Positions 1-15,660 are shown, counted from the first letter of the stretch. The stretch is 64,000 bases of DNA from Prorocentrum cordatum (GCA_963575745.1 CAUYUJ010000239.1:1-64000); one strand, 5' to 3'. The notes: a model not told the origin generated them from the letters alone. Program-made: numbers and translations.

Positions 1-690
1 CAGTCGTCGTGCTGCTGGTCGCAGTCGTGGTGCTGGTCGTTGTCGTGGTGGAGCTGGTCGTAGTGGTGGTGGTGCTGCTGGTGGCAGTCGTGGTAGTGCT
101 GGTTGTGCTGGTGGTGCTGGTCGTGGTAGTGCTGCTGGTCGCTGTCTCGGTGCTGCTGCTCCCGGTTGCAGTCGTGGTGTTGCTGGTCGCTGTCGTGGTG
201 CTGCTGGTCGTGGTCGTGGTCGTGGTGGTGCTTCGGGTCGCTGTCGTGGTGGTGGTGCTGCTGGTCGCAGTCGTGGTGGTGCTGCTGCTGGTCGCAGTCG
301 TGGTGCTGCTGGTCGCAGTCGTGGTGCTGCTGGTCGCAGTGGTGGCGCTGTTGGTCGCCGTCGTGGTGGTGCTGGTGGTGCTACTGGTCGTGGTGGTGGT
401 GCTGCTGGTCGTTGTGGTGCTGCTGCTGGTTGCAGTCGTGGTGGTGCTGGTCGTAGTCGTGGTGGTGCTGCTGGTCGCAGTCGCGGTGGTGCTGCTTGTG
501 CTGGTGGTGCTGGTGGTGCTGCTGGTCGTGGTGGTGGTGGTGCTGCTGGTCGCAGTCGTGGTGCTCCTGGTCGTGGTCGTGGTGGTGCTGCGGGTCGCTC
601 TCGTGGTGGTGGTGTTGGTGGTGGTTCTGCTGCGGGTCGCAGTCGAAGCGATGGTGCTGCTGGTCGCCGTTGTGGTGGTGGTGGTTCTGC
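1..690. repeat. Mosaic trinucleotide low-complexity array (GTG/GTC/CTG), runs off window start
   Basis: Mixture of GTG, GTC and CTG triplets; reverse complement of the array at 1580-2745. The poly-V/L ORF 9..809 is a by-product. Confidence 0.9.
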
Positions 691-783
691 TGACCTCCTC
701 GTGGTGCCCGCTGCCGTGTCGGGGGTGCTCCCGGCGCTCGTCGGAGCCCCCCGGGGCGGCCGTGCTGGCCGCGGCGCCAAGCA

Positions 784-1522
784 TCAGGGGCGCGCTGGCA
801 GGCGGCTAGCGGGTGGGCCGGCGGAGTCTGCGAGCAGCACTTCGGCCAGGTCTGGGTCGTCCTCCCCGGCGGCTCCCCCCAAGGCTAGGTAGCCGTCGCC
901 CGTCAGGGTGGCCATGAGCGAGTCCTGGGCCGCGACGCTCAGGAACCCCCTCCAGCGGTTGGTGTACGCGAGCTCCGCGGAGCGGCGGAGGAGGGCCGGC
1001 GCGGCCCGCGCCTTCTGCTTGGCAAGCAGGCGTACCAGCTGGAGGGAATCGCGGCCCCACCTGCCTCCGACCTCGCAGGAGAGGACCAAGAGGCGGCCTG
1101 AATGGCCGGTCGTGAGTTCGTGGTACCTGCGTCGTTTGCGCCTTTCGGCCCCAAGTAGCGCGGCGCCGTCGGTGTCGAAGGTGCGCGGCCGGTGCCAGCC
1201 GTCCCTGCGGAGGGGGGACACCATGGTGCTGTCGCAGCACAGCGGGACGCCGTTCGGCGAGATGCCGTAGACGACTAGGTCTAATTGTCTGCGGTCCAGC
1301 GGGTTGTGGACAACGGCGTTAGTGTCCCGCAGCAGCTGTTGGGGGACAAGTCTCCCTCCTGCTTCTCTGGCGACCCTCGCCCAAGCTCGTTCGAGCGGTT
1401 TCGCGCGTCTGGCGAGAAGCCCCGTGCGTGGGCACGCGGCTAGGTGGTCTCCCAGCGTGTCCAGCCGGGCCCGGCAGCCTGGGTGGCCGGCTGCCCCGCA
1501 GGTGTGCGGGAGGAGCGGCAGC
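784..1522 (-). mobile_element. 3' end of a 5'-truncated CRE-like (RLE-type) non-LTR retrotransposon: Zn knuckle plus restriction-like endonuclease
   Basis: Minus strand reads LPLLPHTCGAAGHPGCRARLDTLGDHLAACPRTGLLARRA (C..C..H..C knuckle), then RQLDLVVYG...LCCDSTMVSPL...AERRKRRRY.EL...LSCEVGGRWG, the D..D..K..Y..E-G layout of RLE domains; stop at 784-786. Confidence 0.75.
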
Positions 1523-1580
1523 TACAACTCTGGGGTCAGCCCTGGGATCAGAGCGTGTACGAACGGCGAGCAGTGGCAGC
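1519..1580 (+). pseudogene. Isolated PPR repeat fragment (SYNSGVSPGIRACTNGEQWQ)
   Basis: Nearly identical to units of the PPR array at 3.3-5.8 kb, including the 12-bp SPGI insertion. Confidence 0.85.
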
Positions 1581-2745
1581 ACCACCACGACTGCGACAAG
1601 CAGCACCACCACCACGACTGCGACCCGCAGCACCACCACGACCACGACCACGACCAGCAGCACCACGTCTGCGACCAGCAGCACCACCGCCACTACGACC
1701 AGCACCACCACGACTGCGACCAGCAGCAGCACCACAGAGACCAGCAGCACCACCACGACCAGCAGCACCACCAGCACCAACACGACGGCGACCAGCAGCC
1801 CCACGACTGGGACCAACAGCGCCACGACTGCGACCAGCAGCACCACGACTGCGACCAGCAGCAGCACCACCACGACAACGACCAGCAGTACCACCACCAC
1901 GACCGCGACCCGCAGCACCACCACGACCACGACCAGCAGCACCACGACTGCGACCAGCAGCGCCACGACCGCAACCAGGAGCAGCAGCACCGAGACAGCG
2001 ACCAGCAGCACCACCACGACGAGCACCACCAGCACAACCAGCAATACCACGACCGCGGCCAGCAGCACCACCACGACTACAACCAGCACCACCACGACCG
2101 CGACCAGCAGCCGCACCACAACGACCAGCAGCAACACCACCTCGACCGCGACCAGCAGCACCACCACGACTACTACCAGCAGCACTACGACTGCCACCAG
2201 CAACACCACGACCACGACCAGCAGCAGCACGACCACGACTGCCACCAGCAGCTCCACCACCATGGCCAACACCAGCACCAGCACCACCACTACTACGACT
2301 AGCACCACCACGACAAGCAGCACCACCACAACCGCGACCAGCAGCGCCAACACGACTGCGACCAGCAGCCCCACGACTGCGACCTGCAGCGCCACGACTG
2401 CGACCAGCCGCAGAACCACTACCAGCACCACCACCACGACTGCAACCCGCAGCACCACCACGACTGCGACCAGCAGCACCAAAACTGCGACCAGCAACAC
2501 CACGACTGCGACCAGCAGCAGCACCACCACGACTGCGACCAGCAGCAGCAGCAGCACCACCACCAAGACCAGCACCACCAGCACAACCAGCACCACCACG
2601 ACTGCGACCACCAACGCCACCACGACTACGACTCGCAGCACCACGACCGCGACCAGCAGCAGCACTATCATGACCGCAACCAGCAGCAGCACCACCAACA
2701 CGACCACGACCAGCAGCAGCACCACCACGACTGCGACCAGCACCA
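1580..2745. repeat. Mosaic trinucleotide array (ACC/GAC/CAG)
   Basis: Recurrent CACCACGACTGCGACCAGCAG motif; gives poly-T/S and poly-H/Q/D ORFs. Confidence 0.9.
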
Positions 2746-3324
2746 ATTCCGACCGGCAACACGACCCCCAGCAACGACGGGCACCACCTGCAACGACCAG
2801 CAGCAACGACGCGCACCTGCACGACGGCGCGCACCGACGACGCCCACCGCCCCTTCCCCTCGCCTTTCCTTCGGCCTCTGTCCCCTCGTCTCGGTCCCGT
2901 CTCGTTCGCCCCCTTCCCCCGCGTCGTTCGCCCTTCGCCGTTCGGGCCCGGCTCGTGCCCCTCGCCCCCTCGTCCTCCGTCCCCCGCCCGCCCCACCCCC
3001 GCCTGGAGTCCAGACCCAGCCGCGCCTGCGAGACAAGGGAGCAGTGGCAGCAGGTTGTGGCGCTGCTGATTCCCAAACTGGGGCCCAACGTCATCAGTTG
3101 CATCGATGGGGCCAGCGCACGTGCGAAAAATGGGCAGCGGCAGTGGCAGCGAGCCAGGAAGGAGAGCGAGGCGGCAGAGGAGGAAATAGAAGAGGAGGAG
3201 AAGGCAGCGGACGAGCAGGACCAGGTCGAGGAGGAGGAGGAGGCGAAGATAACCGCGCTCGACGTCAGCAGGCAGTGGCAGCGAGCCAGGGAGTCAGGAC
3301 GTGGAGGAGGAGGAAGACGGGAGG

Positions 3325-6056
3325 TGATGGCGGAGCCAAGCGTCATCAGCTACAGCTCTGGGATCAGCGCACGCGCGAGAGGCGAGCAGTGGCAGCGGGC
3401 TCTCTCACTGCCCAGCGAGATGTGGGAGGCGAAGGTGGAGCCAAGTGACATCAGCTATAGCTTTGGGATCAGCACCTGCGCGAAAGACGAGCAGTGGCAG
3501 CGGGCCCTACTACTGCTCAGCGGGATGTGGGAAGTGAGGTTGGAGCCGAATGACATCAGATACAGCTCTGGGATCAGCGCGTAAGCGAACGGCGAGCAGT
3601 GGCAGCAGGCTCTCCCACTGCTCAGCGAGATGTGGGACGCGAAGGTGGAGCCAAGCGTCATCAGCTACAGCTCTGGGATCAGCGCGTGCGCGAAAGGCGA
3701 GCAGTGGCAGCGGGCTCTATCGCTGCTCTGCGAGACGTGGGAAGTGAGGTTGGAGCCAGATGCCATCAATTACAACTCTGGGATCAGCCCTGGGATCAGC
3801 GCGTGTACGAACGGCGAGCAGTGGCAGCGGGCTCAATCGCTGCTCTGCGAGATTTGGGAGGCGAAAGTGGAGCCAAGCGTCATCAGCTACAGCTCTGGGA
3901 TCAGCGCGTGCACGACAGGCGAGCAGTGGCAGCGGGCTCTATCGCTGCTCTGCGAGATTTGGGAAGTGAGGTTAGAGCCAGATGCCATCAGCTACAACTC
4001 TGGGATCAGCGCGTGCGCGAACGGCGAGCAGTGGCAGCAGGCTCTCCCACTGCTCAGCGAGATGTGGGAGGCGAAGGTGGAGCCAAGTGTCATCAGCTAC
4101 AGTTCTGGGATCAGCGCATGCGCGAGAGGCGAGCAGTGGCAGCGGGCTCTCTCACTGCCCAGCGAGATGGGGGAGGCGAAGGTGGAGCCAGATGCCAACA
4201 GCTATAGCTCTGGGATCAGCGCGTGCGCGAAAGAAGAGCAGCGGCAGCGGGCTCTATCACTGCTCAGCGGGATGCGGGAAGTGAGATCGGAGCCGAATGT
4301 CATCAGCTACAGCTCTGGGATCAGCGCGTGCGCGAAAGGCGAGCAGTGGCAGCGGGCTCTATCGCTGTTCTGCGAGATGTGGGAAGTGAGGTCGGAGCCA
4401 GATGCCATCAGCTACAACTCTGGGATCAGCCCTGGGATCAGAGCGTGTACGAACGGCGAGCAGTGGCAGCAGGCTCTCCCGCTGCTCAGCGAGATGCGGG
4501 AGGCGAAGGTGGAGCCAAGCGTCATCAGCTACAGCTCTGGGATCAGCGCATGCACGAAAGGCGAGCAGTGGCAGCGGGCTCTATCGCTGCTCTGCGAGAT
4601 GTGGGAAGTGAGGTCGGAGCCAGATGCCATCAGCTACAACTCTGGGATCAGCGCGTGCGCGAACGGCGAGCAGTGGCAGCAGGCTCTCCCACTGCTCAGC
4701 GAGATGCGGGAGCCGAAGGTGGAGCCAAGTGTCATCAGCTACAGCTCTGGGATCAGCGCACGCGCGAGAGGCGAGCAGTGGCAGCGGGCTCTCTCACTGC
4801 CCAGCGAGATGTGGGTGGCGAAGGTGGAGCCAGATGCCATCAGCTATAGCTCTGGGATCAGCGCGTGCGCGAAAGAAGAGCAGTGGCAGCGGGCTCTATC
4901 ACTGCTCAGCGGGATGTGGGAAGTGAGATCGGAGCCGAATGTCATCAGCTACAGCTCTGGGATCAGCGCGTGCACGAAAGGCGAGCAGTGGCAGCGGGCT
5001 CTATCGCTGCTCTGCGAGATGTGGGAAGTGAGATCGGAGCCAGATGCCATCAGCTACAACTCTGGGATCAGCCCTGGGATCAGAGCGTGTACGAACGGCG
5101 AGCAGTGGCAGCAGGCTCTCCCACTGCTCAGCGAGATGCGGGAGGCGAAGGTGGAGCCAAGCGTCATCAGCTACAGCTCTGGGATCAGAGCGTGTACGAA
5201 CGGCAAGCAGTGGCAGCAGGCTCTCCCACTGCTCAGCGAGATGTGGGAGGCGAAGGTGGAGCCAGATGCCATCAGCTATAGCCCTGGGATCAGCGCGTGC
5301 GCGAACGACGAGCAGTGGCAGCGGGCTCTATCACTGCTCAGCGGGATGTGGGAAGTGAGATCGGAGCCGAATGTCATCAGCTACAGCTCTGGGATCAGCG
5401 CGTGCACGAAAGGCGAGCAGTGGCAGCGGGCTCTATCGCTGTTCTGCGAGATGTGGGAAGTGAGGTCGGAGCCAGATGCCATCAGCTACAACTCTGGGAT
5501 CAGCCCTGGGATCAGAGCGTGTACGAACGGCGAGCAGTGGCAGCAGGCTCTCCCACTGCTCAGCGAGATGCGGGAGGCGAAGGTGGAGCCAAGTGTCATC
5601 AGCTACAGCTCCGGGATCAGCGCGTGCACGAACGGCGAGCAGTGGCAGCGGGCTCTCTCGCTGCCCAGCGAGATGTGGGAGGCGAAGGTGGCGCCAAGTG
5701 TCATCAGCTACAATGCTGGGATCAGCGCGGGCGAGAAGAGGGGGCAGTGGCAACAGGCATTCGTGCTGCTCAGCGCGATGCTGGACGCGAAGCTGGGACC
5801 CGACGTCGTGGGTTACGGCAGGCGGGCAGGGCCGGCGGGCGCTGCGGCCGCGGGCCGCCGGGCTGGGGCAGCTCTGGCGGCCTTCGCGGGCGGCCTTGCC
5901 CGGGCACGGAGCGGAGCCGGCCGGGCCAGGGCTTCGAGCGCTCCCGCGGCCTCGAGGCCGAGGCACACAGGGCGGCTCGGCCGGGCGGGCGGCGGGCGGC
6001 GGCGGCTGGCGGCGCGAAGACCGCGCGGTGGCCGGCGGGCCCGCCGGGCCGCCTAA
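3325..6056 (+). CDS. Intronless tandem pentatricopeptide-repeat (PPR) array, about 23-24 units; in-frame stop at 3582-3584, open 3630-6056; function uncertain
   Basis: 35-aa/105-bp units VISYSSGISACAKGEQWQRALSLLSEMWEAKVEP(S/D), then an Ala/Gly/Arg-rich tail. Confidence 0.85.
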
Positions 6057-6167
6057 GGCGACCGCGGGCGTCGGCAGCCCAGCCAGGGGGCCAGCCGGAG
6101 GGAGCCAGGTGCAGCGGCCCCTTTCGCTGCGGACTCGGCCAGGGACTGGGACTGGGACTGGGAGAGG

Positions 6168-7750
<1,583 letters not shown>

Positions 7751-8550
7751 CGCCTGGCGCCCCTGCGTCCTCCAGCCTCTGCCGCTCGACGAAGACCTGG
7801 CCAGAGAGTCCAGGCGGGCCCCCGGCTTGGCGCCCGTGGCGTCCCGCGACAGGCGCGCCGCCGGCTTCTGGAGAGCGTCCGCCTCGGCACCGGGGCCAGC
7901 AGCGCGCAGCATTTCCGCAGCAGCTCCCAAGGCGTCAGGTCTTCTCGGCGGCCGCTGCTGCGCGCTCCTTCGGAGCCGGCGGCCGCACCGACCATTGGCG
8001 AGGCCGCCCGGCCGCCACGTCCCGCTCCCGAGCGCTGGCAGAATTCGCGGGCTGATCGCGACGAGCCGAGCGACCATCTGGGCCACTCAACCGCACGCCT
8101 GCCGGGCGTGCCGCGCCGCACCCGCGGCAGCAGGCGCGGGACTGGTCGCAGGGAAAGCCGTCGCAGGGTGGCGGCACTGCCAACAGGCCCCGCGATTTGG
8201 GGGTGTCGCCCCGCTGCCCGTCTAGGCCACGACTAGGCTGGCGGACGAGCGACTCCAGCAGCTCCAGGGCCGAGGCTCGCCCAGTGCCGTCCTGCCCGCC
8301 GCGCTGCCGCCGCCGCTGCCCTCTGCCCTGCCACCCCTCCAGACAGGATGAAACAACATACATTGTTTGTTTGTTTCTTTTTTCGGAGGGGGGGTTCTCC
8401 CCGCTGTCTATCCCGCTCAGAGCGGTTGGCGGTGGGAGGTCGCCACGCCGTCCACCCAGATCCACGCAGGAAGCCGCCGCCTCCAACCGCCAGCGCGGCC
8501 GCCCCAGCTGGCAGCCCCGGATGCGAGCGGAAATCGGGCGCCTCCCCGCC

Positions 8551-8552
<2 letters not shown>

Positions 8553-8637
<85 letters not shown>
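8553..8637. repeat. (CTG)n microsatellite
   Basis: Perfect CTG run. Confidence 0.95.
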
Positions 8638-9289
8638 GGTTTGTCGTAATCGTAATCGTAATCGTGGCGTTGCTGGTCGCCCCCCCCCGCGCCCCCCCCC
8701 AAAAAAAAACCTACGGAGTGCGCGCGCACGCACGCAGAGAGGCCGAGAACACCACAGAAGAGCGCAGGCGCAAGCTCCGGGCAACGTACCCCCACGCCTA
8801 CCCAACGCTTGATAAGGTCGCGCCAGGAGTTGTTAGCGAGGCCGCGCCAGCGCCAGCCGACCACCGCCCCCCCCGCCCCCCTTGTGGGCACGATCAGAAA
8901 CTAGCGGGGGGACATTTGACAAGCCTCGGGGCGAGGGGGGCGGGAAAAAAACACGTAAGCTCCCCACCCGAGAGGGGTGGCACCACGGCCCGCGCCTACG
9001 AGGGGAAGGGGGGTCGCAGAGAGGCAAGCGGCGGAGAGCGACCGCAGAACGCACGGAGACGCTTCACACCACGACCACAATAGAAACGTGCTACGCTTCC
9101 AGAGAAAAAGAAGCTAGACTACAAGGGTTCTGGCGAGAAGGGACAGTGAAACCCAACCCACGCGACTCGCACACGCGCGGAGGCTGGAGGGCACCCCAAT
9201 CGCAACCGCCCTACAACATCCCGATAGGCGCGCTCTAGGTGGGGAGGGGGCGAGGACGGGAGGCGGAAGAAAACAGAAAACGAACGAGA

Positions 9290-9291
9290 GG

Positions 9292-9325
<34 letters not shown>

Positions 9326-12300
9326 AAACAAACAAAAAGACAGACAGACTGACTGACTGACTGACTGACTGACTGACTGACTGACAGGCAGGCAGGCAGG
9401 CACGCACGCAGGCAGGCAGGCAGGCAAGCAGACAGACAGACTCTCTCGGGCTCGCACGTCGCTGGGGCAGACAAGACAAGACAGACATACTGAGAGACAG
9501 ACAGACTGACAGACTGACAGACAAATAAACAGACAAACATAGAAAGAACTGGAAAGGCTGAGAACGAAAGAAACATATAGACAAGACAAGACCAAGACAA
9601 GACAAGACAAGACAAGACAAGACAAGACAAGACAAGACAAGACAAGACAAGACAAGACAAGACAAGACAAGACAAGACAAGACAAGACAAGACAAGACAA
9701 GACAAGACAAGACAAGACAAGACAGACAAGACAAGACAAGACAAGACAAGACAAGACAAGACAAGACAAGACAAGACAAGACAAGACAAGACAAGACAAG
9801 ACAAGACAAGACAAGACAAGACAAGACAAGACAAGACAAGACAAGACAAGACAAGACAAGGCAAGACAAGCCAAGGCAAGGCAAGACAAGACAAGACAAG
9901 ACAAGACAAGACAAGACAAGACTTACCAATTGACTGAATAACAACCAACAAACAAACAAACAAACAAACAAACAAATAAACAAACAAATGGGCAGACATG
10001 CTGATTGACAGAAAGACAGACAGATAGACTGACTGACAGACAGACAGTCAAGAATAATGACAGGAGCAGAGAACAGACACAGACAGACAGACTGACAAAC
10101 AGACAGACAGAGACAGCGACAGACACAGAGACACAGACACACACACACACACACACACACAAACAGACACGGACACTGCCAAAGACACGGACACATACAC
10201 AGACAAAAAACATAGACAAATACAGAGACAGAGACAGAGACCGAGACAGAGACAGAGACAGACAGAAACAGAAACAAAGAGACAGAAAGACTGACTGAGA
10301 GACACACAAACAAACAAACAAACAAACAAACAAACAGATTGACTGACAGCCCCTCGGGGCCTCACGTTGCCAGTCCGCCGACTGGCCACGCCTCACAGGC
10401 GCGCCCCAGCCGTGCCCAAGGAACGACACGATGGCATGGATCGCCGCGCGGCGTCCAAAAGAAGTGAACCCCGGTCGGATTGCACCGGTGCAATCGCGGG
10501 GACTTCAGAAGGCTGTCGTGCCCGCCGTGCACGAACGCACGCGCCGGGCACGCCGTGGGAGAGAGAGAAGGGGGGGAAGAGGGGAAGGGAGAGGAGAAGG
10601 GATTTAAGCAAAAACGACTAAAAAAAACGCTTTGGTGGAGGGAGGCCCGGAGTGCGGGGTTGCTAGCAAGGGCCGTCTCTGACGGAACCTGGGGGCTTCC
10701 GATGGGCATTTCACCGAAGCCGCCCAAAGACGGCACATACCTGGAAGCGTGGAGCCAGGCGCGCGAGAAAGACTGACTGACTGACTGACTGACTGACTGA
10801 CTGACTGACGGACTGCCTGACAAACTTACTGACTGACTAAATGCCAGACAAACAAGAAGATGGACATGCAGACCGACAGACAGACCGACACAGACACATA
10901 TAGATAGATAGACAGACACAAGCATACGGACAGACATACAGACAGACCTACAAACAGACACACACAGACAGACAGACAGACAGACAGGCAGACGCAGACA
11001 GACAGCCAAACAGATAGACAGACAGACAGACACAGACACAGACAGAGACACAGACACAAACACTGATATATAGACAGGCACAGACAAACTGAAATACAGA
11101 AGAGCAAACAGACAGACAGACAGAGCAAACAGAGAGACAGACAGACAGACAAGACAAGACAAGACAAGACACGACACGACACGACAAGACAAGACAAGAC
11201 AAGACAAGACAAGACAAAACAAGACAAGACAAGACAAGACAAGACAAGACAAGACAAGACAAGACAAGACAAGACAAGACAAGACAAGACAAGACAAGAC
11301 AAGACAAGACAAGAGAAGCCAAGCCAAGCCAAGCCAAGCCAGGCCACGTCAAGTCAGGCCACGTCAAGTCAAGTCAAGTCAAGTCAAGTCAAGTCAAGTC
11401 AAGTCAAGTCAAGTCAAGTCAAGTCAAGTCAAGTCAAGTCAAGTCAAGTCAAGTCAAGTCAAGTCAAGTCAAGTCAAGTCAAGTCAAGTCAAGTCAAGTC
11501 AAGTCAAGTCAAGTCAAGTCAAGTCAAGTCAAGTCAAGTCAAGTCAAGTCAAGTCAAGTCAAGTCAAGTCAAGTCAAGTCAAGTCAAGTCAAGTCAAGTC
11601 AAGTCAAGTCAAGTCAAGTCAAGTCAAGTCAAGTCAAGTCAAGTCAAGTCAAGTCAAGTCAAGTCAAGTCAAGTCAAGTCAAGTCAAGTCAAGTCAAGTC
11701 AAGTCAAGTCAAGTCAAGTCCAAGTCAAGTCAAGTCAAGTCAAGTCAAGTCAAGTCAAGTCAGTCAAGTCAAGTCAAGTCAAGTCAAGTCAAGTCAAGTC
11801 AAGTCAAGTCAAGTCAAGTCAAGTCAAGTCAAGTCAAGTCAAGTCAAGTCAAGTCAAGTCAAGTCAAGTCAAGTCAAGTCAAGTCAAGTCAAGTCAAGTC
11901 ACAAGTCATGTCACAAGTCAGTCAAGTCAAGTCAAGAAGTCAAGACAAGTCACAAGACAAGACAAGACAAGACAAGACAAGACAAGACAAGACAAGACAA
12001 GACAAGACAAGACAAGACAAGACAAGACAAGACAAGACAAGACAAGACAAGACAAGACAAGACAAGAGACAAGACAAGACAAGACAAGACAAGACAAGAC
12101 AAGACAAGACAAGACAAGACAAGACAAGACAAGACAAGACAAGACAAGACAAGACCAGACCAGACCAGACCAGACCAGACAAGACAGGACAAGACAAGAC
12201 AAGACAAGACAAGACAAGACAAGACAAGACAAGACAAGACAAGACAAGACAAGACAAGACAAGACAAGACAAGACAAGACAAGACAAGACAAGACAAGAC

Positions 12301-12480
12301 AGACAGACACGCGCGCAGGCAGGCAGGCAGGCAGGCAGACAGACAGACAGACAGACGAATAGACCGAACAGACCGAACAGAGCGAATAGACAGACAGTAA
12401 AATAGACAGACAGACAGACAGACACACAGACAGCACAGACAGACAGACAGACAGACAAGCATAGGAAGAGAGAGAGAGAG
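9290..12480. repeat. Compound microsatellite field: (GACAA)n, (GTCAA)n, (GACA)n, (GACT)n, (AAAC)n, with a unique island at ~10350-10770
   Basis: GACAA at ~9590-9920, 11150-11310 and 11940-12300; GTCAA at ~11350-11930. Confidence 0.95.
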
Positions 12481-14439
12481 AGAGAAACGAAAAAAGAACA
12501 GAAACAGAGGCGACGGAGGGAATGGAGGCAGGAAGGGAAGAAAAGACACACACGACTGGTACCCCCGAGCAAAGTCTAAGATTGAAGAACAGAAGGGAAT
12601 CATTGATGCCAACGGAGGAAGGCCCGCCGCACACGGCAAGTCTCCTCAAACCCGCGCACCCGCTCGGCTATTTCCAGCGCGGCTCGCAGCTTCCGCACAC
12701 CCCCTCCAAGTGTTGCAGCAGAAAGCCGAAATGACGGCGGCCCTGTCCCTTTGAGCGAGCCGGGAGTGCCCCGGAGCGGAAGTAAACAGCGGAGGGCGCC
12801 GCGCTAACTGCCATCAGCTGACGGGGGCAAGCGCAACAACTCGCGCTCGCGCTGAAACGCTGCACCAGAGCTGCGAGCAGCCCCTGTTATTCAACCTTCG
12901 GCCCAGGGCTGGCGATTTCCGCGACGTTGCCAACCCATTTTGGGAGAAGCAGCCTGCCACTACAGTGGGGACGTGCATCTAGAAACCAAATGCTTTTCGT
13001 CAGGGTACCCTGGGTTTCTTTGCTCCGCGCGCTGCAGCGTGGTGATTTCCAGAAGCTGTTGAAGAAGTTGCTACCACCCATTTGCATTTCGCGCTTGCGG
13101 GTTTTCATGGCTGGGTGTGTTGCGAGGGTTTCTTGCGGCCGCGTCCGCACTGTACACCCTGCTTCGCCCCGAAAGCCTCAGGCGCCGCCCCAGCCTGGCC
13201 CACGTGGCCCAGGTGCGGCGGTTCTCCCCGCTGTGTAGGGCGGCTGCGGCGCATGCTCAGTCGCTGCCACCAGCGCCATGAGTAAGGAATAGCTGGCGAA
13301 GCGCGGCCCCTGCAAAGAATCGGGGCTGACTCGACCCTGGCGCGCTGTGAGCGCGAGGGCAAAATCCGACCGTAAAGCGTGACTATGGCAGAGGCGAGCC
13401 GTTGGGAGACGACTGAACTTGCCCACAGTGCTGCTTCGCAGAGGAGTTGCGCGAAGACTGCCGTGCCGAGCTGGGAGAGTGGCCTCTGCTTCGACCAGGC
13501 TGCCACCACAGTCATGCATCAGACAAGAGCACCGAATCCAGCCGGGAACATTGCGGGCGCTCAGGCGAGAACCACCAGGCCACGAGAGAATCCACACACC
13601 GCGACCCCCAAACGAGTGTCTAGCGCCGCGGCCAAAATACGGCTCCAATGTGGAAACGAAGCCTGCGCTGCGGCGGGGACAGCTGTGCCATATTACGATG
13701 CAGATGTGCTGATATATCTACATGTATATACATTGATACCCATATATATATATATATACACACACATATATATGTATATATGTATATGTATATGTGTTGT
13801 GTGCGTGAACGGCTTTGGCTGCGCTTGCCAAACCTGGTACGTATGTATCGAGGAAGCGATCAAAGATAACGAGAGGTAAGCGGGGCGCGTAGTGAAAACG
13901 ATGATGCGATGGCAGTGTCTCAAAACGCTCTGGCTCCTGTCGTCTCTCGCTGGCACGTAGAAACAGAACAATGGGCACGGTGAAATGATTGAGTACATGA
14001 GCAGGCTCATCGACAAGCCGCCAAACAAGACAATAAGAGAGAAACTCAAGAAGTGGGTCTGCGACACCTTCTCCTGGATTAGCTCGCGAGCGCAAAAGAG
14101 TGATGTGGCGAACGCGCAAGTGTGCATTTGGTATGCAAATACAAAAGCATGAAAGTGTTGAGGCAGACAGACCGCATCAAAATATCGTGACGCCCACAAA
14201 ACATCTGCACTCTGCTGACCTGACGCCGCCTAGAAGGAAGGGCGGAGCACAAAATGAGACATACATATAGACAGACAAATCCGCCAGAGTGCCCTGAGGC
14301 ATGAGCTGGAGTTGTCGCCAGGCCCCTTGGAATTATGCGTTCTCGGGCCTGAGTGAATGCAAATTAAGGGGCACGGACCCCAACAACTCTCACATCTCTT
14401 GGGGCGCGTCGCGGCTCTCCCGGGGTTCCCCCAAGTTCT

Positions 14440-15660
14440 CGCATGACTTTCAGAAGCCAGAAGGCCTCAAGAAGGGGCCGGAGGGCCTCCCAGGCCCCCA
14501 GGACGGCCCCATGGGGCGCCGAGCCGACCCAGAAGTGCTCCAAGATGCCAAAGATGGCCTCGGGCCAAGAGGCCCCCAAAATGCCCCAAGAGAGCCCCGA
14601 GAGCCGGCCCAAGATGGCCTGGAGGGGCGAAAATCTTAGAATGTCCGATGCCTTTTGAATGATTTTAGCGTTCTCGCCGTTTCCAGCACCCGACGCTCTA
14701 AGACGGCCCAAGACGCCCTCAAGATTGCTCCAAGACGGTCCAACAAGCCCCCAAGAGGCCCCAGACGGCCCAAGAGGGCCCCAAGACGGCCCAAGAGGCC
14801 ACCAAAACGGCCAAAGAGGGGTCCAAGAGGGGGCCCAGAGGGGGAACACGGCCTCCAAGAGGCTCCCGAAAGCCTCCCAAGAGATGCCCACAGGCATCCA
14901 AGAGGCCTCTGACCTACAACCCAGGCACGGTGGCGAAACGGGCCACCTGTGGCTTGCCGCAGGGGTGAATGGCGTGCTAGACGTTCTGAAAAGTTTTTGG
15001 TTTTCTGAAACTCTCCGCGGGGCTTTGGCACATCGCGCCAACCAGCCGGAAAGGGTGTTTAGCAAGGTTCGTCCTGCTCCAAACAGCTCCAAGATGGCCC
15101 ACGATGGCCTCCGAAACGGCCGAGATGACCCCAAGTCCGCCCGAGATGGTCCAAGGTGGCCTCCTAGACGGCCCAAGAGGGCCAAAGACCAAGAAGCCTC
15201 ACAGACGGCCCAAAACGGCCCAAGAGACCCCAAGAAGCCTTAAGACGGCTCATAAGGCCTCCAAGAGGTCCTCCAGGAGGGCCCGAAGAGGCCAAAATCA
15301 TTGATTGCCCCTAGGTTCTTGAAACATGCTGGCATTTCCGCATGTCCAGCCTTCCAACGGCCAAAGACGGCCCAAGAGGCCCCCAAGACGGCCCCAAAAA
15401 CGGCCCAAGAGACCTCCAAGACGCCCAAGATGGCCTCCAAGACGGCCCTGGAGCGCCCTGAAAAGGCCCAAAGACTGCCCAGAGAGGCCCCTAAGGCGGC
15501 TTCCGATCCGACTGCGTCAGACGTGTTAGGAAAGCCCTGCGACGGCCAAACAAGCCCCGAGAAGCTCCCGAATGCCCTCAAGAGGGCCGAGGAGGCCTCC
15601 AACAGGCCCCTCTTGTAGGAAGCTTCCAGGAGACCCCAGGAGTGCCCCAACAGGCTCCCG
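14440..15660 (+). repeat. Dispersed CCAAGA(C/G/T)GGCC ~11-bp degenerate repeat family (other copies ~18170-18720, 19970-20250, 21950-22430, 42650-42990 inverted, 43330-43850)
   Basis: Recurrent CCAAGACGGCC / CCAAGAGGCC / CCAAGATGGCC units; homologous core sequence at ~14940-15005 and ~43180-43250. Confidence 0.85.

Noticed and set aside
9..3346. Long poly-V/L, poly-T/S and poly-H/Q ORFs (mucin-like or membrane-like)
   Set aside because: Stop-free frames produced by trinucleotide arrays; open in several frames at once.
12560..14150. Coding-like stretches (ORF 12927-13238 and ~13900-14150)
   Set aside because: No recognisable domain; may be exons or decayed elements but cannot be supported.
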